DNA of 63,612 nucleotides, filler included, from Collodictyon triciliatum (taxonomy: Eukaryota): assembly GCA_043381765.1 (NCBI GenBank). It is 18 parts of 18 records of this genome, joined end to end, with 100 filler letters (N's around TTAATTAATTAA, not from the genome) between each part and the next. Parts side by side here need not be neighbours in the genome. Positions count along the whole stretch, not along the records: positions 10,893 to 14,422 come from JBHJMP010007193.1; positions 14,523 to 18,052 come from JBHJMP010007194.1; positions 18,153 to 21,679 come from JBHJMP010007195.1; positions 21,780 to 25,307 come from JBHJMP010007196.1; 14 more parts are not named here. One strand, written 5' to 3'. Below are positions 12,002 through 25,407 of this stretch, piece by piece. The position numbers were made by a program, and so were the translations under genes. The notes under the pieces were generated by a model, which made no database searches, was not told the DNA's origin, and was given only the letters and a program-made list of their open reading frames with translations. Numbering within the stretch: position 1 is the stretch's first letter; each line of letters opens with the position of its first letter.

Positions 12002-13996
12002 ATGGCCGTCTCTGCGCCCGACATGGATGCCGAGCTGAAAGAGCTCATGAAGACGGGCTTTTACGAGCCCAGCGACACAGATATGCGCGCTTGCACATCT
12101 CTTGGCCTTCTTGGCTTGGAGTTGACTTCCCTCCCAGCATCAATCAGCATTCTGCAGAACCTGCGCGTGCTCGGTTTGGCCGACAATCAGTTCTCGACAC
12201 TCCCTATTGAAATATCCATGCTCACCAGACTCACTGTCCTCAACATACATGGGAACCCGGTAATGTTCTTTCTTTTTCTTTCTTTTTCTTTCTTTTTCTT
12301 TCTTTCCTTTCTTTCCTTTCTTTCCTTTCTTTCCTTTCTTTCCTTTCTTTCCTTTCTTTCCTTTCTTTTATTACCTTATGCAGAATTTGTTTACAGCTGC
12401 AAGTCTTGCTTCATTTTGAGAAAGATAGAATCTGAATATATGTTCTATACCACAACTGACCAATACAGATACAAGAGCTCCCTGAATGGATCACGTCATT
12501 TCGACGGCTGCAAACAATATACTTAAATAGCGGGGAAGGCATTTGCGTCAATCGAGTTCCTGAAGGTATTCGGCTCCTACCATGCTGGACAAATAGAATG
12601 TCAATTCAGGACGGCAAGTCCGTCGCCCAAGTGCTCCACTCACTCGCACAGTACAGCACGGTAGTTGCGCATACTTGTGTTTTTCTATGCATCTATATCA
12701 GTTAATGAGTTTATGTAAATACCAGTTAATTTTAATCACCTTACTTCCACTTTCACAGGTTCCTCTACCTGTTTCCTATGGTTTGGCTTTTTTTTTGGTC
12801 GTATATTCACTTATAATTATATCTTACATACTTTTTTCTTGTTGCATATTCAAATAATTCTAATATTCTATTTTTTTATCATGAACCTATATGGGACTAA
12901 AGATGAAAACAGCGAACCTGTCACCGGCGAATACGCTGGTATCATGCAGGTCGATTTCTCCCAGCTGGAGTTACTCGGTCGAGGGGGCTTTGGTACTGCA
13001 TACAAAGCGGTGCTACCTAAGGGCGTAGTAGTCGCTGTCAAAGTTCTTAGGTTGTACGCAAAGCCAGGCACACCCGAGTATGAGGAGCTTACTGGTGAAG
13101 CTAGGCTTATGATTCAACTCAACCACGAAAACATCATCAAGCTGCACGCGTATGGTTGCAGAAACCTGACAATATTTTATGTGATGGAATATGCTGATGG
13201 TAAAAGCGTTTGGGACATCATCGAAGCCCGCAAAGTCCAGAATCAGTCTAAATCTGGGCCCATCGAATTCAAAGAGTATATTAAATACTCTATTAATGTC
13301 GCTTCTGGCCTGCAATATCTCCACTCAAGGAGTCCACCTGTTGAGCATCGTGACCTGAAGCCAGAAAACATCCTTGTCTGCGGTGGCGTTGCCAAGATAT
13401 GTGATTTCGGTGTCTCGACAGCTCGTGATACGATATCTCGCACAACAGGATTCCAAGGAACTTTTCATTACGCCGCACCAGAATATTTTGATAAAGATAA
13501 AAGCTATGGTCCCCAAAGTGATATATACACATTTGGTCTGGTCATATGGGCCATGGCCTCTGGGGAAAGACCCTACGACGGTTTGAACATGGGTCAAATA
13601 TCCGTTGAGAAAATGAAACCTGAATGCTCTCTTGCTCTCCCGGAAAGTCCTGCCAAGTTGGTTGACGTCCTGCTGAGCTGTTGGGCATCTGATGCACGTA
13701 CTCGCCCCTCTGCTGCTAGCCTGGAACAAAAGCTTCTCGGTATCGAAAGAGACCCAGGACCTTCCCGGTCCACCAGGCCAAAACTTCTCCGAGAGATGAA
13801 CACAGAAGAACTGGTTGCCAGAATGCTGGAACTAAGAGTAGTGCCAAAGTTTATTGATGCAGTCAAAGAATATGAGGTAACTGGCGAGGACTTGGCTCTT
13901 TTGGACATTGAAACCCTAATCTCAAATCCATTCTACCTAACCAAATTGCAATCCAGATCAATCCTAAAGATTATCAGCGAAGACAAAGGGAACTGA
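12002..13996 (+). CDS. LRR - TKL-type protein kinase - SAM-like domain protein, 4 exons (12002-12259, 12469-12660, 12759-12780, 12903-13996)
   Basis: LxxLxLxxN repeats, GRGGFG, VAVK, HRDLKPEN, DFG and YAAPE, followed by a C-terminal SAM-like segment EYEVTGEDLALLD. Confidence 0.9.
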
Positions 13997-14227
13997 TGAT
14001 TGCCCCTGTCTGGTCATTCGGTGCCGAATGCATCCCACCTCAACCCATAAAAAAAAAAAAAAAGGACTCAGATTTTACTTCAAATATTCTGAAGACATAC
14101 GCCTTCTCTTTTATCTTCTTTTTTTCTGCTGTCTTTTTAATTCTATTGCTCAGTGATTCTATTACATTTACATTCAAAGGATTTAGAGCTCCTGAAACCA
14201 CGGTCACTCATATGTTTTCTTTATTTC

Positions 14228-14422
14228 ATTCAAAGTGCAGCGAGGTTATGCCATACAAAGGGGTGGGACAGGAGCGCATGGGAGAGAGCAAATACGAGTA
14301 GGAGAAGACGCTACCGTGGAGAGGGTAGCACTGGAAAGAAGTCAGTGATAGCGAGTTGGTCAGGTGGGCGACCCAACTGGTTGATTGGTTGCGTGGGTAG
14401 CAGGGGTTGGATATGCTGTGGG
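14228..14422 (-). mobile_element. 3' end of L1/Tx1-like LINE family A
   Basis: Closely similar to 45002-45190 and 61150-61320. Encodes ...PINQLGRPPDQLAITDFFPVLPSPR*. Confidence 0.85.
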
Positions 14423-14816
14423 NNNNNNNNNNNNNNNNNNNNNNNNNNNNNNNNNNNNNNNNNNNNTTAATTAATTAANNNNNNNNNNNNNNNNNNNNNN
14501 NNNNNNNNNNNNNNNNNNNNNNAAGAAAACAAGAAAACAAGAAAACAAGAAAACAAGAAAACAAGAAAACAAGAAAACAAGAAAACAAGAAAACAAGAAA
14601 ACAAGAAAACAAGAAAACAAGAAAACAAGAAAACAAGAAACAGCAAATCATCGTCACATCATCAAACACAAAAACAATAAATCACATAAATACTCAATAC
14701 AATAAAAAACGACAAAAAAACAAGACACTCTTGAACAACAGCCACGACCTATTTGTTTCTCAATCATCCAAAAGGAGGAGGTCTTAAACTGTTGTCGAAC
14801 ACAGGAGGCCTTCTTC

Positions 14817-17800
14817 ATGTGGTATTCATCGCGCCTTATTCCCTCATCATCGTCATCACCATCACCAACTGCACCACCAACGAAGGAAAAGTCATGTGCA
14901 GCCGAAAGGAGAGTTCCGTCCAAACCCATGGAAAGTAAAGAGAGAAGAGAGCTACAAGACACAGCCAACGCGGAGCCCAAACAGCAAACATCTAAGCTTT
15001 TACCCTCTTCATTATATTCGACCCAGCCAACACAAGAAAAGCAAATAGCAACAAAGCCATCGCCCAAAGTTAAGTCTGATTCTAAAGAGAGCGGGCCCAC
15101 AGAGCCAAAAGCAAGATTTGTCAAGACAGAAACACTTTCTGCAAGAAAGAGCCTTACATCAAATGCAGAAATCGCAACAAAAATGGCTACAAAGCCATTA
15201 CGCGATGTCAAACTTACGACCAAACTACCATTGAAACCAACATCATCGACGTCAGTACTAGCATCAACAAAAACGTCAGGTGCATCTTTAAGAAAACCGA
15301 CTGCACCATCCCAAAAGAAGCAGCTCACACCGTCACAGAGTCCAGTAACGATTGCATCAAGCAAAATATCCACAAACAAAGACAGTAGAAAAGATTTGTT
15401 AGGCCCAAAGAAAATTCCCACGTCATTTTCCTCAAAGATGAGCCGGGGTGCAGTCTCAAACATAGATGGAAAACTAGAAACGCTTCTTGCAGGAAAAGAG
15501 TGCCAGCAAGTTGATATACTAGACTCCGAAGTAGATAACACCATCAGTGACTTCGCATATGACTTTTATCTTCAAGAAGAGAAAATCACCGAAAAAGATG
15601 TATATTATCAACATAAATCACATAAAACAGATACAAACCACCACTGCAGTTCACAGAGAAAAGGAGAATCACATCAAAGTGGCCATATTTTTGGAGAAAA
15701 AAGCGCCAAAGTGGATGATGATTCAAATATTGGAGGAGTGTACCCGAATGAGCTTGGCGATGAAGATGACTGTGATTCGGGTGGCATGTGCGATGGCCAA
15801 TCTGTTCACTCCTCATCAGAAAATGAATCAGATTGTGAGCGAGTCGATAACTTCCACATAGTTAGTAAAGGTGAACATTTTAATTAGATATATGTCAACT
15901 GTGTTCGAATAAGGTCTGTCATAAAAATTTTTTTGTGACCATGTTCTATTTCCACTTATAAAATTTCACATTTTTGAACTAACCTAAAAGTTATTAAATG
16001 ACATCAGACGAATATTCAAAAGCAAAGAGATCTGACGTATCCAAACTTTGTGACATATTGGAAAGAAATCCGCTGCCTATATGCTTATTGCTGAAGCATT
16101 TCCGCTGGGACTCTGATGCACTTATTGCAGAGTACCTCGAAAGGCCAGATTCAGTTTGTAGAAGATTAGGAATACCAGTAGTGGACAACAATACTGTGAA
16201 AGAAATATCAGATGGGTTATGTGGAATATGTTTTGAGGAGAGAGCGGAAATCGTTTCATTAGATTGTGACCACGCTTTTTGTCCGCAATGTTGGCAAGAC
16301 TACTTTCATCACAAAATGTCTTGCGATGGGTGAATTGAATTTCCTTCTTATATGATGTGGTCAGCTTAAATCCTCGTAAACAATCTTCACAATTTACCAA
16401 AATCTATGTACAAACATAATTTGTAGAACATCATCGATACACATATTTTGTGCTCAGCCAGGCTGTAAGCAGTTGGTGCATGAATCTATGATAGAAAGAT
16501 TTTCGACAAAAGCAACCTTTGAAAAATTTCAAGACTTTATGCTACGGTATGAAGTAGACACTAATGGTGGAAAAGCCATATCCGCTGTGTGGTGATTTAA
16601 CATAGAAAAGTAAACGCGCCTAAATCGATAACTTTAACTTAGTTCATACGTGGATGACAACCCCGATTCAAGGTGGTGCAGTAAACCTGGATGCGAGTTC
16701 ATTATCACCAGGAATAGACCATCAAATTTTTACTCTGCAATGTGCAAATGTGGGGAGAGTATATGGTCAGAAATGATTTTGTACCCTCCTCTTTTTTTTT
16801 TTTTTACGTTTAATTTTCTACTAAAGTACATAATTGTCAATCCATGAAGTTTTCGTTGTGGGAGGCAAGGTCATATACCAATCGATTGTGAACAAGTTTG
16901 TAGCTTTTTTTTACGCATTTTATGATAGTAGGATGATTGTTATGCTTTTTTCCAACTATATAGAGACAGCGTGTTGTACCTAATCGTATCTATACAATTT
17001 CTTCAGATGAAATCTTGGACTATCAAGTGCCAGGATGACTCTGAAAATTACGCGTGGTTGATTGTTAATACAAAACCCTGTCCGAAATGCCTTAGTTCGA
17101 TAGATAAAAATGGAGGGTGGTCATATGATATTCCAGAAATCCTTTCGATATGGGTCTAATTTCCTCTTGTAATTTGTGATGTAACCACTAATTCGATGTT
17201 GCTATTATGATTCAGTTGCAATCACATGAAATGCTGGAAATGCCGTTTTGAGTTTTGTTGGGTTTGCCTCCAACCATGGGAAAAGCATGGGACACAATAC
17301 TACAATGTGATTCATTATACTCTATTGATGTTTGAATATTTATAAGTCTGATAATCAGTTGGTTTCATATATCAACTTCAAATATCAATAGTGCAATCGC
17401 TATAATCCGAGTTCCGAAGAAATGTCTAAAGACACCTCCAAAAAAGCCATGTCAAAATATCTTCATTATTATCTGCGGTAATATGTTTGTTTAATATTCA
17501 TAAACTCGGCCATTATAGACTGTTATCACAAATTAACATCGGATGCACACGCATGCAAGATTTAAGAATCATGCAGAATCCTCGAAGCTTGATGAAAAAT
17601 CCATAAAGTCGACCGAAGAGAAGGTAAGGAATGACCACAGCGGTACTTTCTTTTTTCCTCAGCATTTCTTTGCTCATATCATACGCCCTTTCATCGGTTC
17701 ATAGATAAAATCTTTAAGCGAGGAAGGTCGGATATCGTGGATCGATTTACAATATCTTCCTCGAGCTGCCAATCAGCTTCGAGAAGTAATTCAGTGAAAC

Positions 17801-17951
17801 ATATTACAACACAAACATGCCACATTCATCTTACCGTTTCTGTGGATAAATTTATGGGAAATTAAAACCATTTTATTCGTTCAAGAGTCGAAGACTCCTC
17901 CAATATTCTTACGTCTACGCTTACTACTTGAAAGAGGGGCCTTTAAAAAAT
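14817..17951 (+). CDS. ARIH1: Ariadne-type RBR E3 ubiquitin ligase with long low-complexity N-terminus (about 11 exons, 3' truncated)
   Basis: [12 protein letters not shown]1 [34 protein letters not shown]2 [23 protein letters not shown] and Ariadne [14 protein letters not shown]. Confidence 0.9.
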
Positions 17952-17978
17952 GTGGGTAACAATCTAAAACAACAGCTG

Positions 17979-18052
<74 letters not shown>

Positions 18053-18388
18053 NNNNNNNNNNNNNNNNNNNNNNNNNNNNNNNNNNNNNNNNNNNNTTAA
18101 TTAATTAANNNNNNNNNNNNNNNNNNNNNNNNNNNNNNNNNNNNNNNNNNNNAAAAAAAGAGAAAAAAAGAGAAAAAAAGAGAAAAAAAGAGAAAAAAAG
18201 AGAAAAAAAAGAGAAAAAAAGAGAAAAAAAGAGAAAAAAAGAGAAAAAAAGAGAAAAAAAGAGAAAAAAGAGAAAAAAGAAACAAATAGTACATCAGAAA
18301 TGGAGAGAATTGTTAGCACCACCATTCATTCAATAGCAGAGTATGGCTTCTGTTTTTCTATTTGAGAATATATAATAAATTTTGTGTA

Positions 18389-21300
18389 CCTGTGCAGAAG
18401 TTGCAGCGTCTGAGGCCTCTTTGATCCGCTCTTGTTCTGTTTTGTCAACTTCTTGGGAGCTGGTTGGTTCGATATTATCTTCGTCGTTTCCATCATCCTC
18501 CACATCATCATCCTCGAGGTCTTCGTCGAATCCTTCATTGCTCATCAGCACGTCTGTATTTGAAGATTCAGGGGCTGCTTGCCCATTTTCGGACGAGGAC
18601 TCTGCAGATTCATTCGTGTTAGCATGGATGAATATCCTTTTTCCTTGTGATTGAGTTTTCGAAAATTTCAATTTAGAAAGTGAGAGAATCACTGCCTTAA
18701 AACAAACCTTCGTTCTGGCATGACTCCTCTACATCACTCTCACCTTCAGAATCCTCATCGCTGTCTTGCTCATCTCCAATATAATTCCCTTCATCGTCCA
18801 GGTAGCCGGCCTGGCGGAGAAGTTCTTCGATGGGTATGTCACATTCCTTTTTAAGTAAGTTAATTTCTTCTTCATAGGCTTGCACCATTTCCTCGGTTTC
18901 TTCGGCATCCAAAGTTTTTTCATCATCAATCTCGGGTTCTTCTGGTTGGTATTCTTTATCTTGTTTCGTTTGATACTAATCGAACATATATAAATATTTG
19001 GTTTTCAAATACAAGAAATAAAAGTCAATAGGTTGTCTTCTATATATTAGAGGAAGCGTAATAAAAACTATGCATTTAATTTTTATAGAAAAATTACGCT
19101 AGACTTGGTGGGGTATGACGGCAGTTTCTCCCCTGTGATGGAGGTGTCTTGGGCAGGAGTACTTGGTGCCTGGCACAAATAAATAAATAAAATATTAAAA
19201 TAATCAAAGTTTCATAATAATTCTACAGAACTGTGATGTTACAACAATATGATTGCTTCAAGATAGAACCTGAAACTCTTGAACAAGCATGCTTGAGTAT
19301 TTTTCGGTTTGCTCGACAAGCATATCTAAATTCTTTTCTCTCTCCTTCTTTGTCTCCTCATCCGCTATTAGCTGGTGTTTATAGGCAAGAATCTTTCCAA
19401 TTTGACCCCAAAATCGCTTAATTTCCCTGCTGATGGTGGCAGCAAGTTTGCGTTGTCTGATTTCGTCTTCCTACATGATGAAGAAGATATTGGAACCTGA
19501 GATGGACAGACGCTTTGCCTCTTTTTCTTTTTTTTTTTTTTGGCATAAAATTAATTGGGGGATAGGAAGAGCCAGATGGGAGAAATATGCATGTTAACAG
19601 TGACCTTGGCCAACTTTGAGTCCTTCGTGTAAATAGCTTCGAAGTGTCGCAAGATTGCTTTTGCCATTTTTCTCGCCATATTGATCTTCCATTTCCTTTC
19701 CTCACGAAAATCGTGAGCCATCCATTCCTGCGAGAAATAATAAATGAACAAAAAAGAAAAAGTAGAGCGATAATATTTTTTTCTAAAATGAACTTGATTG
19801 AAGACATGCAGTTTACTGTATGAATACCATCTCTTCCAAAAGATAGTCCCAATGAACTTTGTTTCGGGGAGGTTCAGGGATTTTTTGCATTCTCTTGATA
19901 TTCCAAAATCCGTCTCGTTGGAGTTGTGATATCCGATTCAGTATCAAGGCTTCATGAGAAGCTTTCAGGCTCAGTTCATCAGGGAGGGGCTTTCTCGCAG
20001 AGAATGAAAAATAATGGTAAAATTTAATGTATCAAACCAATTCACAAAAGAGGGTCATTCTCTCCAAGATACCCATATAAATTGGAACGACTGCAAGTGC
20101 CTCTGGGCTGGGTATAGCCAATCGACAAACAAAGAAAAAAAAGGTGAATGGAAAAGAAAAGGATGTCCACATAATAAGAGAAGCAAAGAGGAGGTGGATG
20201 AATATATAAGTGAGTCCAAGACCAGCTGATATACAAACATTGAAGCCATCTGGATGAAATATCTTGTATCTTTTCACAGGTGGCTGTACAATCACATGGG
20301 AAGACACTGCCCGGGATGGGCTAGGAGATGCAGGGGAACTCTTGTTTACAGCAGAGTTTGATCTCGTCGTGCGAATGGGCGAAGGACCAGATGACGTTCC
20401 CTTGTTTGGTGCAGAGCATAAAAGCGAGTTTCCATCCACTGCATTTTGGAGTGATGTTTGTTCAACCTAAAAACATTTTTCATATGAGAGTTGCGACAAA
20501 AGCATTAATCTTGGTCGAAAGAATCTAGCATTAGCAAGTATGTGTTTAATAGAAAAATCGAAGGTATAAAGTACGTTTTTCCGTGGCGAATCCTCAGTCT
20601 GTATAACCGATTTCACGACGAGGTGTTGTTGTAGAAGAGCATTCCTACATCTACTCAAGATACAAGAAAAAAAGGGGACGAGTGACACAAGTATAGGTAA
20701 ATTCTTTGCTATTTGAAATAGGCTTTAACTGTTAGAAAATTTGGCATGTAACTTTGTTGTTTGAGATTAATGGATAATAATAAAAAAATCAAGAAAAGCT
20801 TACGATTCATCAGAAAATTTGTGGAAGAAATCCAACGCTTCAGATATGTTAAATTGAGATTCGCCGTAATTCACTAGGCTTGTATTGAGACACAAAGCCG
20901 AAAACTCTTGTAGAATCTTATTTCGATATGTGACCACCCTCCTTTTCGGCGTGCATTCAAATCATAGTACATAAATTAGCTCACATGATACAAATAAGTA
21001 ACGGAAACTATTGCGCATTCAACATTAAAATATCAGCAGGTAGTTATGGTAAAACATTATCTTTTTTTTTTTTTCATTTTCTGGGGATGCATTTTGCTCA
21101 CCTCAATTGCGTTTGCTTCTTTTCGACAAGTCTAGTTCGAAGGCCTTTGATGGGCTGTTGGCCAAGGAATGCCTTATGTGTGCAATGGTAAATGAAATAA
21201 TCAGCATACCAGTTTTCACTTTCCTGTACTCATCAAACGGTCCGGTCGCCCGATATGAAAAAATCATGGTCATTATCGGAGAGATTTGATATCGCACTTG

Positions 21301-21514
21301 CCTTGTGGTTTCTTCCGGCCAGCTGAGCGTAATTCAGATGTTTGTGGCCTCGAAGCCGCTGCGACTGCTCCATCGAGTTGGTCAAGTCAGAATCAGTGGT
21401 CTCTGATGCACCCTTGGACGACACAACGGCTCGACCTGGCTTTGGATCTGCCTTCCGTGAGACTGGTTCAGGCGATGATACTCCACGCATAGTTCTTCGT
21501 TGACTTCCGTTCAT
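18389..21514 (-). CDS. SWR1: SWR1/SRCAP chromatin remodeller, N-terminal part with HSA domain (multi-exon, partial)
   Basis: QLQRDGFWNIKRMQKIPEPPRNKVHWDYLLEEM|EWMAHDFREERKWK, IKRFWGQIGK, LDMLVEQTEKYS and LKKECDIPIEELL. Confidence 0.9.
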
Positions 21515-21844
21515 CTACAACAATCAAAGGGTTAGGTGGCAAGAACAAAAAGAAAAAGAAAAAGAAAAAGAAAAAGAAAAAGAAAAAGAAAAAGAAAAAG
21601 AAAAAGAAAAAGAAGAAGAAAAAGAAAAAGAAAAAGAAAAAGAAAAAGAAAAAGAAAAAGAAAAAGAAAAAGAAAAAGANNNNNNNNNNNNNNNNNNNNN
21701 NNNNNNNNNNNNNNNNNNNNNNNTTAATTAATTAANNNNNNNNNNNNNNNNNNNNNNNNNNNNNNNNNNNNNNNNNNNNTAAAATAAAAACCAACAAAAA
21801 AAAAAAAAAAAAAAAAAAAAAAACAAGGGAATCATGAAACAAAC

Positions 21845-24800
21845 ATTTAACAGCTGGTGCTGGTGGCGGCGGAGGTCTGATTTTAAATGGTATAGATATG
21901 GATGCCATCAATTCACTCTCGTTTGCTCGTGTAGAGTCATCCAAGCAGAGGACGTATTCTCCATCAGCAGAATCAGGTGGTAGAGGGCTAATCAAGTCAT
22001 GTGAGAGTTGGCAGATGAATAAAAATGTGCTTGTCAGAACATATTTCGTGGAGTTTTCGTATTACTACCCTTCATTGGCAAATTAGGGAAATATGTTTAG
22101 CTTCAAGGGCTTCTTATTAATTATATTGAAGTGAAAATAATTCGTTATTATCAATCAATTAAGTTTGTTACAGGTCGAATGAAATCAAGCCCGAGACTGC
22201 CCTTTGGGTTATTGTGTAAACAGGTGGGAAACACGATGAATCAAAAGCACAGGGCGTGTACTGTGCTGGTGTTGGTGGTATTGACGTATTCACAACTTCC
22301 TGAGGTGTCACCTACAAAAGAAAGAAATGCAAGATTGATTTTTTTTTATTAAAATAAAGCGATAAAATTAGCCTGTACACATTATATTTCGGTAAGTTAT
22401 AAAAAAATATGCCGGTTTCTCTTTATCTTTCTCAGCTTTGGGCCTTCCTTTCGGCACAGTAGAACCTGGTGAGCTTGCCCTTTTCATAACTGATGCGATT
22501 TCCGCTATGAAGGAGTTGTGAAGTGTTAAAAATAAAATAAAATCCGTCAATCGAGCAGATTTTGTCATAAAAATATCATGTTATCATAATTATACTTTTT
22601 GTGTATTTTCCTTGAACCTAATCAAGGAAAATATTCTTTTTTTCGTGTAACATATGGTTTTTATTCATACAGGCTTTGTGAATGAAGACGAAATAGATAA
22701 TAAAAAAAAACTGGTACTCATATCTCGAGTAGATTTTTTCCTTGATGGCATCGGAATTTTAATTGGGGCAGCTTCAACAGGTACATCTAATTTCTTGTAT
22801 GATGCCGTAATAACTCTTCCCTATCAATAATTATTGAATAAATAAATAAATTAAAAAAATTCATCGATAGAACACCTCGCAAACGTACTGATTCCCCCGT
22901 GACAGTCTCTCCATCTGATGATTTGATGGCTACTGTGAATTTGGGGAAACAAGCAGCTCCTGTATCCACCTCGATGCTGTATGTATCACATCAATGACAG
23001 ATAAATTAATCATTCCATAATCTCAAGAGCTTGATTGCTTGAAAAATCAATATTACAAATAAAAAGTTCGACCTCGTGTGACTCGTTAATTCCAGTTTAT
23101 ATGGAACCACTAAAAGAAGAAAATAAACGTTTGTATATTTTAGATTTATCAGAATGAATTGATATGAATATAGAATTTGGAGCGAATTCCTATTCTATAT
23201 GGCATCTAATCGGTCATATTTTTCTCTAAGAAAAATCTCTTCGCATACATTCTTGGTTCCCATTCACAAAATTTCCTTCATAAACCAACGAGGAATGTGA
23301 ACGAAAGAGTCTTCCACTGTGATTGTGTCAAAGTTACTGTTCTTTGTGAATACTATATCGAAACATGGATGCGACTTAAATAAAATGAGTGTCACCTTCC
23401 ATGCCATGAGTTATTTTTCCAGTTTCCAGAGTATATATCACCGCAAACATAATTCATCGTTCCCTGATTATTAATTCATCAATTTAAAATAAAAAATCAA
23501 CTACAAGATTGTAAATATATCTCATGGATAAATAAATAGAAGAAATGTACAGAGCAGAATTAAGAGATAAAATCATAATAAATCCCGATTATGTCATTCA
23601 AGTTTTCGAAATATATTTCGCTCATGCAAAAATTAAGAAATTAAAAACTTGGTTCACACATTAATTTTATATAATTTTTAAAAAAAGTATTGTGATGCAT
23701 TCTAACATATCCCTCCATTTTTCCCAGGCGCATCTCCCCATCATAGCAATCACCAGAGGGATAACGGAGATGACCTGACCCGTGTGGGCGATTATGATCA
23801 AATAATCCTTCATAAACGCTTTTATCTCTCATCAAAAGCTTCCCATTGCCTGACGTAAAATTCAAAGACATCAATAATACATATTATATGCAAATGTAGT
23901 CTAAGGTTTAAAATTAATTAGTGGTGATGGTTCTTTCGCCAGCTTTTATGTGTAGAAATGTTTGAATTAACACTTGGTTAACCTTTTCGAACATTCGAGA
24001 CAAAGTTCCCTTCATATATCTCCGTATCAACTCCTAATTTATTTATTTACTCATATTCTGATTGAAATAATTTCAACCGCACTGAAAAAAATGCAATATA
24101 GATCAAGTACCATTTTTCCACTCTTAATAAAATGATGAAATATTCGCAGCATTTGAGTATCTTACTGAGGAGAAAATACTTTTCCGTAAAACTGCATATC
24201 CAAAAAAAAAAACCCCCCTTGAAAGCACGGGTACCTTCAAAAATTCCCTTCCCATGCATCTCTCCTTTGTGAAAATTTCCTCGGTAGATATTACCTATTG
24301 AGCACATCCATGTTGAAATATTGAGATAAAAATGTATATTCATGTCCCTGGGTTTTACTGGGTGTTTTTGTGTCAAGCTATACGATTAATTACGAACCAT
24401 TTGGCCATTTTTTCGTTCCCTCCCCTTCAATTTCTCCGTTCACAAACTGAGCCTCGACCACAACCCCGTTTCCGAATGTTAATCTACCAAGCCCTTATGG
24501 AATTGAAAACGATATTAGTACACCAATTGTTTTATAAAATCCATAGCAAACATCTGCATCGTATTCATTTTGCTTGAATGTTGATTTATGACGTTTTTTC
24601 TACATGACATCTAGTCAATTGCTTCTTTTTTTTTTATTCCTACATTTTTCACTTTTCAGTGGGTAATCTACTAATATATGCATTGGTAAAATACTCATTA
24701 TTACATAATTAGTCTACATGAAAAGAAAAAACATTTAAATTACAAAAATTTAGAGCATTAGTTTCTAATGACTCTACATTTTTGTGTGAAAACAATCACA

Positions 24801-25009
24801 AAACTAATTGGACAGAACAAGGTATTCAATTTCACGGCACCAGTATACAATGAAACAGTATAACCCAGCAGATATCTATCAATACCATTCTTTTCACCAT
24901 CACGCCATTCTCCTTCGTAGGTGTAGTACTTGTTCTGGTAAGTATATGAACCATTCCCGTGTCGAATATCTAGAACTTTCTCTCCGCTGTATGCCTTGAA
25001 GAAATCCAT
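21845..25009 (-). CDS. MORN1: MORN repeat-containing protein 1-like (multi-exon, 3' truncated)
   Basis: Repeated YEGxFxxGxxHGxG MORN units across exons, followed by ESGRVI and the C-terminal DLPLPP..GEYVL. Confidence 0.8.
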
Positions 25010-25407
25010 TCGTAAGTCACGCCAAGCAGGAGGACAACAACCACATCAAAGCGATTGGAAAAAATGAGGAATGCAACTTGGGGAAAGTGACAAGAAGCGA
25101 AAACCCACCATTGTCTTGCAATAAAAACGTTTGGTTTTCACAATGGAGAAGCCGCGGCAGCTCCTTGAGCGCGGTATGGTTAGTTTGTTTGGATCAGACT
25201 ACAGTTTCTTTCTTTTTCTTTTCTTTTTTCTTTTCTTTTTTCTTTTCTTTTTTCTTTTCTTTTTTCTTTTCTTTTTTCTTTTCTTTTTTCTTTTCTTTTT
25301 TCTTTTCNNNNNNNNNNNNNNNNNNNNNNNNNNNNNNNNNNNNNNNNNNNNTTAATTAATTAANNNNNNNNNNNNNNNNNNNNNNNNNNNNNNNNNNNNN
25401 NNNNNNN

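Noticed and set aside
14654-15544. 296-aa minus-strand ORF
   Set aside because: Antisense shadow of the low-complexity Ariadne exon.
20000-20075. U12-type intron (GTATCTT) in SWR1
   Set aside because: Not the full GTATCCTT, no TTCCTTAAC branch site, and the exon boundary is ambiguous.
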